From Mustelus asterias (taxonomy: Eukaryota), in assembly GCF_964213995.1 (NCBI RefSeq), contig NC_135823.1, positions 64,356,001 through 64,420,000 of the forward strand: DNA of 64,000 nt. The letters are read 5' to 3'. Below are positions 1-12,089 of the stretch, piece by piece; positions within the stretch are counted from its first letter, which is position 1, and each line of letters begins with the position of its first letter. Position numbers and translations under genes: made by a program. Below the pieces are notes generated by a model. It did not search any database. It was not told the origin of the DNA and worked only from the letters and a program-made list of their open reading frames with translations.

Positions 1-435
1 CACAGCCTTGTGGTGCATCGGTGTTGAGGTCGATCGTGGAGGAGATGTCGTTGCCGATTCTTACTGAAGTCTAGGGTTTAAGTCTAAGATCCAGTTGCAG
101 AGAGAGGAACCAAGCCCCAAGTCACGAAGTTTGGAGAGAGTCTCATAAGAATAATGGTGTTAAAGGCTGAGCTGTAGTCTATGAATAGGAGTCTGGCATT
201 GGTGTCTTTGTCATTTGGGTGTTCCAAGGTGAGTGTAGGGCCAGAGAGATGGCATCTGCTGTGGACCTGTTGCGGCAATAGATGAACTGTAGTGGATCTA
301 GGTAGTCGAGGAGGCAGGAATTGATTTGTGCCATGACTAACCTTTCGAAGCACTTCATAACGATGGATGTCAGAGCCACCGGATGATAGTCATTAAGGCA
401 CCTGCCTGGCTTTTCTTTGGTACCAGGATGATGAT
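1..435 (-). mobile_element. Rex1/Babar-clade LINE reverse transcriptase fragment (frameshifted)
   Basis: ORFs 179..493 and 84..353 give [19 protein letters not shown]...[19 protein letters not shown] and [15 protein letters not shown], typical Rex1-type RT motifs split across frames. Confidence 0.8.
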
Positions 436-510
436 GGTACTTTACACAATTACAAATAATGCTTGGGATAAAAGTTTTACTGTAACACATCAATATGTTC
501 AGAACTACCA

Positions 511-1128
511 GAGAGGCGCGGTGGCGTAGTATTGTCGTCGCTGGACTAGTAATCCCAGAGACCGCAGGGTACTACTCTGGGGACCTGGGTTCAAATCTCA
601 CCACAGCAAATGGTGAAAAGTGGAATTTAAAAGTCTACTGATGACCATGAAACCATTGTCATTGTTGTAAAAACGTATTTGGTTTACTAATGTCCTTTTA
701 GGGAAGGAAATCTGCTGTCCTTACTTGGTCTGGCCTACATGTGACTCCAAACCCACAGCAATGTGGTTGATTCTTAAATGGGGAGGTGATGGCCTAGTGG
801 TATCACCACTAGATTATTAAACTCAGAAATTCAGCTAATGTTCTGGGGACTCAGGTTCAAATCCCGCCAAGGCAGATAATGGAATTTGAATTCAACAAAA
901 TAAATCTGGAATTAAGAATCTACTGATGACCGTGAAACCATTATCGATTGTTGGGAAAACCCATCTGGTTCACTCATGTCCTTTAGGGAAGGAAATGTGC
1001 CATCCTTACCTGGTCTGGCGAACATGCAACTCCAAACCCACTGCAATGTGGTTGACTCTCAACTGCCCTTGGGTAATTAGGGATGGGCAATAAATGCTGG
1101 CCCAGCCAGTGATACCCACATCCCATGT
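511..1128 (+). mobile_element. Two tandem tRNA-derived Deu-domain SINEs (SacSINE1-like), ~511-780 and ~781-1128
   Basis: tRNA-like head (TGGCCTAGTGG...GGTTCAAATCC) and shared body AATGTCCTTTAGGGAAGGAAATCTGC..TCCTTACCTGGTCTGGCC..CAGCAATGTGGTTGACTCT; same family at 27806 and 47850. Confidence 0.7.
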
Positions 1129-1130
1129 GA

Positions 1131-1257
1131 CTCACCTGCTGAAGGAGCAGCGCTCTGAAAGCTCGTGATTCCAAATAAACCTGTTGGACTTTAACCTGGT
1201 GTCGTGAGACTTCTTACTGTGCCCACCCCAGTCCAACACCGGCATCTCCCCATCATG
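1131..1257 (+). mobile_element. Penelope-like pLTR fragment with degenerate hammerhead motif (CTGCTGA core)
   Basis: ctcacCTGCTGAaggagcagcgctctGAAAgctcgtga followed by ccaaataaacctgttggactttaacctggtg, matching the termini of the element at 18840-19974. Confidence 0.75.
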
Positions 1258-2989
1258 ATTAACTATGACTAATAGCTAGTGTGCAATGTACGTACACTAC
1301 AAATCAAGAACAGTAGACTCAAGATCCACAAAATTTCCACTTTATCCATAATCTGCAGTTCTTTGATATGCAAAATAAGCATGCTGAAGAATATAATCAT
1401 TTTCCACTGTTCATCTGCAGTGTTCTTGCTTTTCTGCTGGGAACATTAATTTCCAAAAGGCAAAGTTTACGACTTTACAATTAATCTCATGAAAGTGTAC
1501 AGCTGAACAGCTGATAGAGAATAAGGGACCTGGTGTATCAAATGTACAGTCATGCAACAGCTATGAAACTATCTGTGGTCTGGACAAGTGGTCTTTCTTC
1601 TACTATGCATGTATTAGTTTCCCTCCAGAGTTGAAGAAACCATTTACAGCATTACCCGCATCACGCAGTAAGCAAAGTAACCATTCTGTACCTGCAAGAT
1701 TCTATAAACTAGAAAAAGTGACCAGGGGCAAAGAGCAAAGTTTATTTTTACCCTTCTCTTCTATTTTAAGTATGTGTGGGAAACGTGTGGATGAATAGAT
1801 TTTTTTAAATGATCAAAATAAGAAACAATTTGCATTCAAAAATCCATAAATTCCACAAAGGAACATTTAGTCATTATCATAAGCGCAAGAATTAAATATT
1901 TTGTTCTTCATATTTTCCGCGCACGCGCACACACTACAGAAACAGTAGAACAGTTTGCACAAACACCCAGTATCCAGATACCACATGAATCACTGCTTAC
2001 CTCTTCCAGTATGGTATCTCAAGTGCCAAGAGCCAGAGGAACCAGGGAATTTATGCGCTGAGCACATATGCCAGTTCATCACTTAGAGGAGAAACAACCA
2101 CTCAAACTGGGACTGCTTCCAAAATGTTTTTAAGGCTCAACATTAAGGTCAAAAGACCAGTTCAGCAGTTTGCAAGAGTCACTGACTTGATATCTCGCTC
2201 TGTGAAAAGCGAGTACAGCTATATAATATTCTTGACCGCGGAACGCAATGAGCTGTGTTAGTGTTAACAGTTGAGATCAATACGGCTTTATTTACAGGGT
2301 TCCATCTGAGGGATCAGCATTCAGCTCAAGACCCGAATGCTGCCAATCTCTCTCGCTCCCTCTCTCAGGATGTCAAAACAACCAGATAGAACCAATGCCT
2401 AGATTATATAATATAAAACATATCTTAACATCTAAACAGATGGGGGTTATCATTTTGTTCTCTCCTTGAAATGCTTTTAACTCTTTAATATCCAATGCAT
2501 CAAGTAACACACAGGTCCAATTATGCGCAAAATTCTATATACCAACATATAACAAATAGCAGCATGTGAACTGAAAAAATTAATGCAATGCCAGAGTTCC
2601 AATGCCAAGCAGAATCAGACAGCTTCTTGCAATCTGTGGCTTCATCTGACTCCCTCAACTGGGTTACTAGCTGAATTCACTTAAAAATTCCCATCTTCTT
2701 TCATGCGTACCCCATCACCAGTAGCTGCTTATAAGTTTGCAATACATTCAAAGCTCTCCAGTGTAATAACTCATTTTAAACACCCAACAAATCAGAATGC
2801 ACAAAAGAACACTCATTATTCCCTGCTGCTTTTTCTGACCTTGAAATAACCTTGATAGGTTGTTGAGATAATGAGAGAAGCCAAGCAGCAGAAATCCAGA
2901 CAAACTTTCAACAACAGTCTCTTAATTAATCTCAAGACTTATTTTGACCACTTCTCCATTGAGACTACCTAATCAGTGCTATTAAAGGG

Positions 2990-3270
2990 ATAAACTGGGT
3001 TAACATGCAACAACAGCCTTTACATAATGCCTTGAATGTAAAAAATGCAGAACACATCTTCTGAAGTGCGTTCTCCATTCCCAGCTCACTCCTGATGAAA
3101 GAACACAGGGCGGCCCGCAGAAACATTTCAAAAATACTCTGATAGCTGACTTGAATATTAGCTTTGACCTCAACAGCTGGGAAGAATGTGCATTGTACCA
3201 CCCATAATGGCAAGCTCTGCTTCAGGGTCTAGCTGGTTTTGAAGCAGGGTGGATGAAGGAGGTGGAAGGC
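2990..3270 (+). mobile_element. Old RTE-clade LINE C-terminal remnant
   Basis: Translates HLLKCVLHSQLTPDERTQGGPQKHFKNTLIADLNISFDLNSWEECAL, resembling the RTE C-terminal motif RxxGGQxKRFKDxLKxxL...WE. Confidence 0.55.
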
Positions 3271-3294
3271 ATGAGAAGAAAAAAGCTCAAGAAG

Positions 3295-3597
3295 TTTAAA
3301 GTTTATTTATTAGTGTCACAAGTAGACTTACATTAACACTGTAATGAAGTTACCGTGAAAATCCATCCCCTAGTCACCACACTCCAGTGCCTGTTCGGCT
3401 ACACTGAGGGAGAATTTGGCACGGCCAATGCACCTAACCAGCATGTCTTTCAGACTGTGGGAGGAAACCGGAGAACCCGGAGGAAATCCAGTCAGATACG
3501 GCGAGAACATGCAGACAGTGACCCAAGCCAGGAATTGAACCCGGTCTGTGGTTCTGTGAGGCAGTGGTGCTAACCACTGTGACACAATGCCGCCAAG
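3295..3597 (-). mobile_element. tRNA-derived V-SINE (HE1-like), TAATAAATAAACTT-tailed subfamily
   Basis: Minus strand cagtggttagcac..gcctcacag..gggttcaattcc head, V-domain ttctccggtttcctcccacagtc, tail gtgacactaataaataaac. Confidence 0.8.
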
Positions 3598-3733
3598 GTG
3601 TGTAGCCCCTTATCAACCATGGGCTGACCAACTCACTAACAGACAAATGACTGACTGCTGATGGGGAATACGAATTTTGGGGTTTTTTTTGTTCCTTCCT
3701 TAGCCTTTTGCTTTCCCCTTTTCACGTCATTTA

Positions 3734-4495
3734 GAGTCATAGAGGTTTACAGCATGGAAACAGGCCCTTTGGCCCAACTTGTCCATGCCGCCCTTTTTTT
3801 TTAAAACCCCTAAGCTAATCCCAATTGCCCGCATTTGGCCCATATCCCTCTATACCCATCTTACCCATGTAACTATCTAAATGCTTTTTAAAAGACAAAA
3901 TTGTACCCGCCTCTACTACTACCTCTGGCAGCTTGTTCCATACACTCATCACCCTCTGTGAAAGAATTGCCCCTCTGGACACTTTTGTATCTCTCCCCTC
4001 TCACCTTAAACCTATGCCCTCTAGTTTTAGACTCCCCTACCTTTGGGAAAAGATGTTGACTATCTAGCTGATCTGTGCCCCTCATTATTTTATAGACCTC
4101 TATAATATCACCCCTCAGTTTCCGACGCTCCAGAGAAAAAAGTCCCAGTCTATCCAGCCTCTCCTTATAACTCAATCCATCAAGTTCTGGTAGCATCCTC
4201 GGAAATCTTTTCTGCACTCTTTCTAGTTTCATAATATCCTTTCTATAAGAGGGTGACCAGAATTGTACACAGTATTCCAAGCGTGGCCTTACCAATGTCG
4301 TGTACAACTTCAACAAAACATTCCAACTCCTGTATTCAATGTTCTGACCGATGAAACCAAGCATGCCCAATGCCTTCTTCACCACTCTGTCCACCTGTGA
4401 CTCTACTTTCAAGGAGCTATGAACATGTACCCCTTGATCTCTTTGTTCTGTAACTCTCCCCAACGCCCTACCATTAACTGAGTAAGTCCTTACCT
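3734..4495 (-). mobile_element. CR1 LINE 3' fragment
   Basis: ORF 3888..4463 LYTTLVRPRLEYCVQFWSP...LERVQKRF..FSLERRKLRGD..TRGHRFK; 3' tail ctatgactct. Confidence 0.9.
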
Positions 4496-5019
4496 TGCAT
4501 GGACTTCAACCACACCCCCTCCCTGCCTCTGTCTGCTCTCTTTCTCCCCCTCTACTCTAGGACGGCATGGCAAGTGTCTTTCCTTGCTGCAAAGGACCAT
4601 CATTAGATTGGGATGTAGAAAATCACAGTGGTGTGTTCTTCAAATTGGAATTTTAAAAAATATGGATGTCAAGCCAGGGGAAGAGAGACTAAGAAATCTG
4701 ACCAAACGTTGGGTCTTAAAGGAGAAAAATGGGATGAGGCAAAGGAACTTGGCAGAGAATTCTAGAACATGAAGTTGAGTAATTGAAGATGTGACTATCA
4801 ATGATAGTGTGAAGGAGGTTGAAACCAGAGACCAACAGAGACCTGAAGCAAGTTACAAATAGGACATGGCCTTGAAAGAATTCAAACGTGGAGAATAATT
4901 TCAAATTTGATAAATTGTCACACAAGCTGCTGCTGTTGGTCTGCAAGAGTGGGGGTGAGGGATGATGGGCGAAAAGGATTTGGTATGGTTGGGATAAAGG
5001 CAGAAGTTTAGCTAAATTG

Positions 5020-5320
5020 GTTTTACAGAGCATGGGATACAGCCATTCATTGACTCCGTCTACACTTCCCGTTGTCTCGGAAAAGCAGCCAGCATTATCA
5101 AGGACCCCACACACCTCAGACATACTCTCTTACACCTTCTTCTGTCAGCTAATCTTTCTTTACATCCTATCTGTAACTGCAGCACTATATTCTGCACCCT
5201 CTCCTTTCCTTCTGCCCATGTACTCTATGAATGGTATGCTTTGTCTGTATAGCGCGCAAGGAACAATACTTTTCACTGCATCCCAATACATGTGACAATA
5301 ATAAATTAAAATCAAAGCAA
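5020..5320 (+). mobile_element. Rex1-type LINE 3' end fragment
   Basis: cagccagcattatcaaggaccccac..., tail atacatgtgacaataataaattaaaatcaaa shared with copies at 34795, 45547 and 50826. Confidence 0.7.
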
Positions 5321-8149
5321 AGTATTGGGCTAATTGAACCTGGGAGGTGATAAAGGCATGGATGAAATTTTCTGGCAGATGTGATGAACATTACATCTCT
5401 GCACTCCATTAGCAATACCATTCAGATATCAGCCAGTTAAAACAAACTATTTGTATGATCGCTTCATTTAGGGAGTAGTGAATGTACGCTAGCATAATTA
5501 TCAAAGGACTAAAGAGCAACTCAATATTACTTTAAACCTCACTCATTATTACTGTTCAGGGTCCATATGTTGGTTGTTACTATATTGAAGTTATTCAATT
5601 TTGTTTTGACTATCAATCACCAGTCTTAGAATAGATTCACAGGTCATTAATTTTTATAACACATTCTCCTGATCTGTGAAAGCTGCTATTTATAGTGAGC
5701 ATCTTTTTTTGTCCTGCCAGTTAGAGCCCCAAACATCAAGGTTGTGAATACTGTTAAAGAATACAATTAGCCTCATTCAGTCAGTTTTGTTTGACTTTGT
5801 TGGGAAACAATGTCCACACAGGATCTTCAATATAAACTGTACGATTAAGCTTTGAAGTCGTTGTGCATTGAAGTGTAATTGTCTTACTGGGACTTGATGT
5901 AAACGCATACATTGATTTAATTCTGAGCAACACTGGCTTAGCTAGTTAATCACATACTAATTCCAAAGAGTAATCGTACAATGTTGTATCTCAAATAAAT
6001 TCCCTGTTAAAATTAACCCCTTACACAAATACGGTTCTAACAAAATGTACTAGAGAAAGCGAGGACACTATGTTTCGTTTTAGCAAAATAAATCAATATT
6101 GAAATCATAGAAGAATTACTCAATGAATATTGGTAAACATAAAAATGTAGCTCTGTAAATGTATCTGGAATTGAAATGCTAATTACTAATTCAGTCTAGT
6201 GAATTTATTTTGCGTCTGTTACTGCAATCATGGATATAAATGTGATAATTGTGGTGAAAACAAATATGCTAAACAACCACAATCAATGAGAAACAATGGG
6301 AAAAGCTTAAAAAGGATGTCCTGGGGAAGGGGAAGAGAGGAAGGGGGAGGGGGTGAGAGACAATGATAGAAGGAGTGTGAAGGTGAGAGGGAGGAAGTAA
6401 GCGGGAACAATGAGGAAAGGGCAGAGATCCATATCTTAGAATTCAAGCAATGAGATGAGCATAATTTCACACTCAAACTCAAGTCGTACTTCTGAGTTTA
6501 CTGTGTTGTATTGTTTTTTTTCCATTCTTCTAACTTGCATATGGGAAATAGTTGATCTTCAAACATGTCATTAATCAAACACGAGGACAGAACATGCCTC
6601 ACCACCATTGTGAAGGATGCAGCATTCTGCCACATTCCCCCAAAGAACATTTCTATTCACGAACTTGAGAACAGTGATCGTAAACCACTTGGGAGAGGGG
6701 GATAGCGAAGACCTAATCTTGGCTTATAATGAAATGTTTATTTCACTTCCCTCAAGGCAAATTCAATGTTTCTTCACAACAAGGGGCTAAAGAGAAATCT
6801 ATTAATCCATGTTTGCTACATTTCCTTCTGTTTTCCTGTGAGAGCAGTGTTTATCAGGTTAGCACAATTTCTGTAACTCTCAGCTTGGTATCTGTGCTAA
6901 AAAATGCATGAAAAATCATGGGACCAAACCATTGTAAAAATCACTTCATGACACAGCATGTTAAAGCATCACTTGACATTAAAACAAATTAAGAAACAAG
7001 TTACTTGAACTCATGTAGTCCAAATCTAATACTGCAAATTATGAAATACTGAACTTTTATGAAGTCAAACATAGATCACATTCCTGATTTATTTAGTGTG
7101 CAAGAGTAGAGTGAAGAATAAAGCAAACTCCTGTCCAAGAGGGTATTGAAATTAATTTTCAAAATTGATTTTGTCTATTTTAAATATTTCAAATGTTCAA
7201 GTGAACATTTGATGCTAAACCCAAGCAAAATTAGATGCAATGCCACCCAGAATCAATTGTCTAAACACCAAATTTGCACTTTTCACACAGCTCCATATCA
7301 GAAAATCAAAAATATACCAGGACTTTTGTCCACAAAATAATAAGCTGAGCATCTGACAATGCAGGCGAGTTATAAGTCTATCAAACACAATCAAAGTTTT
7401 CAACTTATTAACACATGTAAATTAAGTGCGAAGAATTAATTTTGCACTTTAATAAGATCCAACTATTTATCTGCAGCAGGATGCTAGCATGAAGAAACTG
7501 TTTGATATTAGTTCTAGGGGCAATCCATTAAGTGACCTTACACATGAGACAACTTCTGTTAATATATCTGGATTCAGTACTACAGTAAATGACCTTGCAA
7601 AAAGGGGATTCAATGGCAATTGTACCAACTCAGCTGAATGTGCAATACTGGTCACTTACTTCAATGTTTGCCAGGATGATATTGATAAGACCAGGATCAA
7701 TAGGTAAAACCCATCTCCCATCCCATCTATTCATAAGCTTGCTTGCCTTTATGTTTCTGGCAAATTAATTTCCAACATGAAAATAGATTTGCACTCTGAA
7801 AGAACAAGAGCTTTCAATTAAAATAATTTAAAGAGGCAGCTGAACTGTATCTACAAAATGATTTGATTTGGACGGCAACTTCAGTACATTATGCCCACCA
7901 AAATAGTTTTGTTCTTGTTGTATTCAAGGATCTTTTCATCAGACCGCCAATGATACATTCTTTACCTCAGCAGTGTGTTTTACTTTTTAAACGGCAAATC
8001 ACTTGCAGAATGCATCTGCACTAGGAACAGACAATGTGAGCAAATGTGAAGTGATTGTGGTATACTTTGCTCAAAAGAGTCAAGTATACTTATGATCTGA
8101 AGTAAGCTCAGTACTATGGAGGGTGAGCATGTCTTTTCTCATTAGAACA

Positions 8150-8480
8150 ATGTATATTATGACACAATAGGAGTGTGTAAAATGTTGCAAGGATGAGACA
8201 GATAGTTAGAAGTAGACTGTTGAGATCAAGAATGAGAGGTGATCTATATAAGATATTATGCCAGAGAGTTAGAGGACCGGACAGGAAAACCTTCTTCACA
8301 GAGGCTATGAAATTCAATTCCAGCATTTGTGGTGAAGAGAGAAATTGTCAGTATTTAGATTGGATGGGTGAATTAAAGAAAGAGTTGAAAGGACATGAGA
8401 ACAGGCTGGGTAAATGTGAATGGGACGATAGATTTGCATGGAGAATCAACACTGATATGGACTGCTTGGGCCAAGTTGTC
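8150..8480 (+). mobile_element. Degenerate CR1 3' fragment
   Basis: RSRMRGDLYKI motif in ORF 8193..8528 and a CR1-like 3' UTR. Confidence 0.55.
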
Positions 8481-8790
8481 TATTTAAGTAGTCTGATCGA
8501 CAGCTATTTTCTATATATGGTAACTTAGGGGAGCCAAATCTGATTGGGGTCACTAATGCAGTCATGATTTGTGTTGTTCCTCAGAAAATTAATTTGAGAG
8601 GACATAAACACGGAGTATTTAGAAGGATTTTCTGAAATAATTATATGGCCGGATTACTTTTTTGATCATCCAGTCTGAAAAAGAATTTTTGGGAAGTTAT
8701 AGGTTCACAACATATGAAATTAACATTTTATTGGCAAAAAATGGCAATTCATTGGTTGGGGCCACTCACACTAAGTAAGACATTGTTTAA

Positions 8791-9230
8791 AAATTGAAAA
8801 TGCTGTAAAATCTCGGCAGGTCTGAAGCATCTGTGGAGAGAGAAGAGAGCCAGTGTTGCGAGTCTGGATAACCCGTCATCAACTCTAATGAAGAGTCATC
8901 CAGACTCAAAACACTGGCTTGATTATCTCTCATGATGTGGAGATGTCGGCATTGGACTGGGGTGAACACAGTAAGAAGTCTCACAACACCAGGTTAAAGT
9001 CCAACAGGTTTATTTGGTAGCAAATACCATAAGCTTTCGGAGCACTGCTCCTTCGAAGGAGCAGTGCTCCGAAAGCTTATGGTATTTGCTACCAAATAAA
9101 CCTGTTGGACTTTAACCTGGTGTTGTGAGACTTCTTACTTGATTCTCTCTCCACAGATGCTGTCAGACCTACTGAGATTTTCCAGCATTTTCCGTTTTTC
9201 TTTCAGATTCCAGCATCCGCAGTATTTTGC
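8791..9230. mobile_element. Older Penelope-derived inverted-repeat element (family B) interrupted by the 8931-9139 insertion
   Basis: Inverted arms aaaatgctg.aaaatctcggcaggtctga.agcatctgtggagagag / ctctctccacagatgctgtcagacctactgagattttccagcatttt; central degenerate hammerhead-like ctaatgaagagtcatccagactcaaaac. Confidence 0.6.
8931..9139. mobile_element. Palindromic Penelope-like pLTR insertion (family A) containing a perfect 170-bp palindrome at 8970-9139
   Basis: 85-bp arms checked base by base, centre cttc|gaag; flanked by ttgatt(a/c)tctctc near-duplication. Confidence 0.9.
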
Positions 9231-10314
9231 CTTTACCATTGCTTAAAAATTCACCTGTATCACATACACTTAAAAAACTGTGTTAAAAATTACATTTTTG
9301 TGCTACGTGTACAGTAGCTCATGTAAATCCAACATTCCTCCCGGTTTGCAACACTGCAAATTGCCAAAGAAAATTAAGAATCAAACCTTAACAGATGAAA
9401 ACTTTCCCGACTGATTATACTCCCAACTACGAGTTTGCATTTATCTTTTTTTTCTCAACAGTTCTCCATTTTTAAGAGTTTGTATGCAGAACAAGAACCA
9501 AAACTGAGGATGGGCTTAACATTGTTTCATTCCCCCAATATCGCAACCAATTCTGAATTTTTATAGTTAAATTTAATTTACTGCAACACTTTTAAGCTTC
9601 ATACAGACAAAATACTACATTCAAAGGTTGAACACTTTACGCTGCAAATAGCATTATCCTGCTGCTCCACGTATAGCATTCATACACACACTAAAGTTCA
9701 CTCTATTCGAGCCAAAGATGATGGCTGGGTACCAAACTCAAGCTGCACGTACATTACAACTATAGTATTCGTGTGATGCTTAGCAAGACTCACAGGGTGA
9801 AGCTTCTAAGCCAAGAGAAAGCTCTTACATTGCTTAACTCCAGTCAGACCAAACTTTATTCTAGATTCCTAGTCCAATTTTACCACTGACCCTCACCTGT
9901 GACATATTTTGTTCCCTCTGCTACTTTTGCCACCCAACACATTAGAAACTAGTTTAGGTAAACAAAACTTTGGGCTGTAGGAATTTTGAAGATCAATCTC
10001 ACCTCATGAATTTGGGACAGAATTTGGACATGAGTGTTGTAGTTTTCATCATTAAAATTATATTTGTCACATGCAAGCAAAAGTATTTAATAGCCATGTC
10101 ATTTTGAATTGATGCATTTCTCCAGTTTTCAAGATCAAACCACAGCATTTCAATTCTTCATGACGACTTAAAATCAGAGAGTGTGAAACTGTCGGGCCTA
10201 TTGTGTATCCAGGAAATAACTGCACTTTTATTTTTAAAAAGCACTGTTAACACAGAATATTAATGCCATCACTTAATCTATTTAAACAGTGCTCTCCAGG
10301 AAGACACAGCTTTC

Positions 10315-10926
10315 AGCCTTGCTATAGAGGGAGTACAGTGAAGGTTTACCAGGTTGATCCCTGCGGTGGCAGGTCTGTCATATGAGGAGAGACTAAATTG
10401 GTTAGGATTATACTCACTAGAGTTTAATGTGAGGGGGGATATCAGAGAAACTTATAAAACTCTAACAGGGTTAGACAGTGTAGATTCAGAAATAATGTTC
10501 CCGATGGTGGGGGAGTCCAGAACTGGGGGTCATAGAATCCCTACAGTGCAGAAGGAGGCCATTCTGTACCAACCACAATCCCACCCAGCTATTCCCATAA
10601 TCTGTCATATTTACCTTGCTAATCCCCCTGACACTAGGGTTAATTTAACAAGCAAAAGTATTTGACACTCATGTCATAGTTTGAGGATAAGGGGTAAACC
10701 TTTTAGAACTGTGAGGAGAAATTTCTTCACAGAGAGTGGTGAATCTGTGGAATTCACTACCACCAAAAGTAGTAGAGGCCAAAACGTTTTCTGATTTCAA
10801 GAAGAAATTAGATATAACTCTTGGGGCTAAAGGGGCATTAAGATATTAAATTTGATGATCAGCCATGATCAAAATGAATGGTGGAGCAGGCAAAGGCCGA
10901 ATGGCCTCCTCCTGCTTCTAGTTTCT
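10315..10926 (+). mobile_element. CR1 3' fragment interrupted by a SINE piece (~10530-10672)
   Basis: GLSYEERLNWLGLYSLEF..RGDIRETYK..ESRTGGH; resumes after a second gtcatag with gtttgaggataaggggtaaacc. Confidence 0.8.
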
Positions 10927-11330
10927 AAAAAAAATAAGAATTAACGGGCAGCTCAAAGAAACTCACTGCGATAACAACTGTGGGTTTCCAGATTACGTCA
11001 GTCAGATCGGACGTGTGTGCGACCATCTGTCTAAAAGACAACACTGGCTGGAGCTGGATTATGGTCGAAGCAAACTCGCAGCAACTAAGTAGAGGGAGAA
11101 CGCCGAGCTGGTTTTAATGCAAGGCCCGGAGAACTGGCGAGAGTTTGCACCCCTTTAAGTGAGCGACTGGCTTCTCAAATGAAATAAATTGCAGCCATAA
11201 TAGAGTTTGTCAGTTTGTCTCAAGGTAAGCAGTTACTGGACATTGGGGGGGGGGGGGGGGGGGGGCTAGGGTCGGCTCTATCGCCGTTAGTTTTGAGCCC
11301 CCCTCCCCGGGACGAGAGGAGAGAGCTCAC

Positions 11331-11564
11331 CTTCCGCACTCGCATCAACTCGGGGTAAAAGAACTCGGGGCAACTCTTCTCGCTCGACTCGGTGAGAGCC
11401 AGCGTGTGGCGCGACGTGACGGCCGATATTTGCCCCTTCACCAACAGCACGGCGCCAGCGGAGGCCGCCTCCTCCTCCTCTTCCTCCTGGTCCTCTTTCT
11501 TCTTCTTGAGGAGAGGAGCCGAGACGGGCAGCGTAGTCAGGGACACTCGTCGCGGTTCGGCCAT
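11331..11564 (-). CDS. UBN1: Ubinuclein-1, first coding exon (78 codons, phase-0 donor AAG|gtgagc); rest of gene lies left of the window
   Basis: MAEPRRVSLTTLP...LALTESSEKSCPEFFYPELMRVRK resembles the ubinuclein N-terminus (CPEFFYPEL as in UBN1); head-to-head with GLYR1 as in human 16p13.3. Confidence 0.88.
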
Positions 11565-12051
11565 GTTGCGGCCGGAGCGGGACAGCTCCCCCCCCCCTCT
11601 TCACCTCACTCACTCAGTCAGTCCCGTCTTTTTCTCTCTCTTCCCCCCTTTGTTGCTCCGGTGCTGAGAGCGGGTGGGGGGGAGGAAAGGTGGCGGCGCC
11701 GCCGACAATCGCAAATCCCTTTCAACAGCAACAAAAACAAACCCGACAAACTTCGGCCGCCGCCATCTTGCCGAGCCGCCGCGCATGCGCGCGAACCCGC
11801 GGGTGGGGGAGGGGGGAAAGCTCCTCATTTCCCCTCCCCTCCAGCAGCCGGAATTATTATTTTTTAATTTCTCCCCTCAAAAAATTCTTTCTGCCCCCTC
11901 AGACAGAGGACTAGGGATAGTAAGTCTATAAATAGGCATGAAATAGAAAATAATAATGCGATCGGAGGGTGTTGACCTTTGCCCCGTGGCGGTCACGTGG
12001 GGCGGGGTGGGTGTTGGGCGGGAGGGCGATGGACAAGTTGCTGTGAGCAAG
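11565..12051. promoter_or_regulatory. CpG-rich bidirectional promoter UBN1/GLYR1
   Basis: Start codons are separated by 487 bp and divergent; YY1 motifs 11759-11770 (-) and 12048-12059 (+); NRF1 GCGCATGCGC 11781-11790; E-box GGTCACGTGG 11991-12000; GC box next to it. Confidence 0.8.
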
Positions 12052-12089
12052 ATGGCGGCGGGCAGCTTGCGGGTGGGAGATCTGGTCTG
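12052..12089 (+). CDS. GLYR1: GLYR1 exon 1 ([13 protein letters not shown])
   Basis: caagATGG start, donor TG|gtaaga. Confidence 0.95.

Noticed and set aside
1-11330. Further UBN1 coding exons (expected ...FEEKY / HRD domain)
   Set aside because: No matching translation found by eye; they probably lie left of the window
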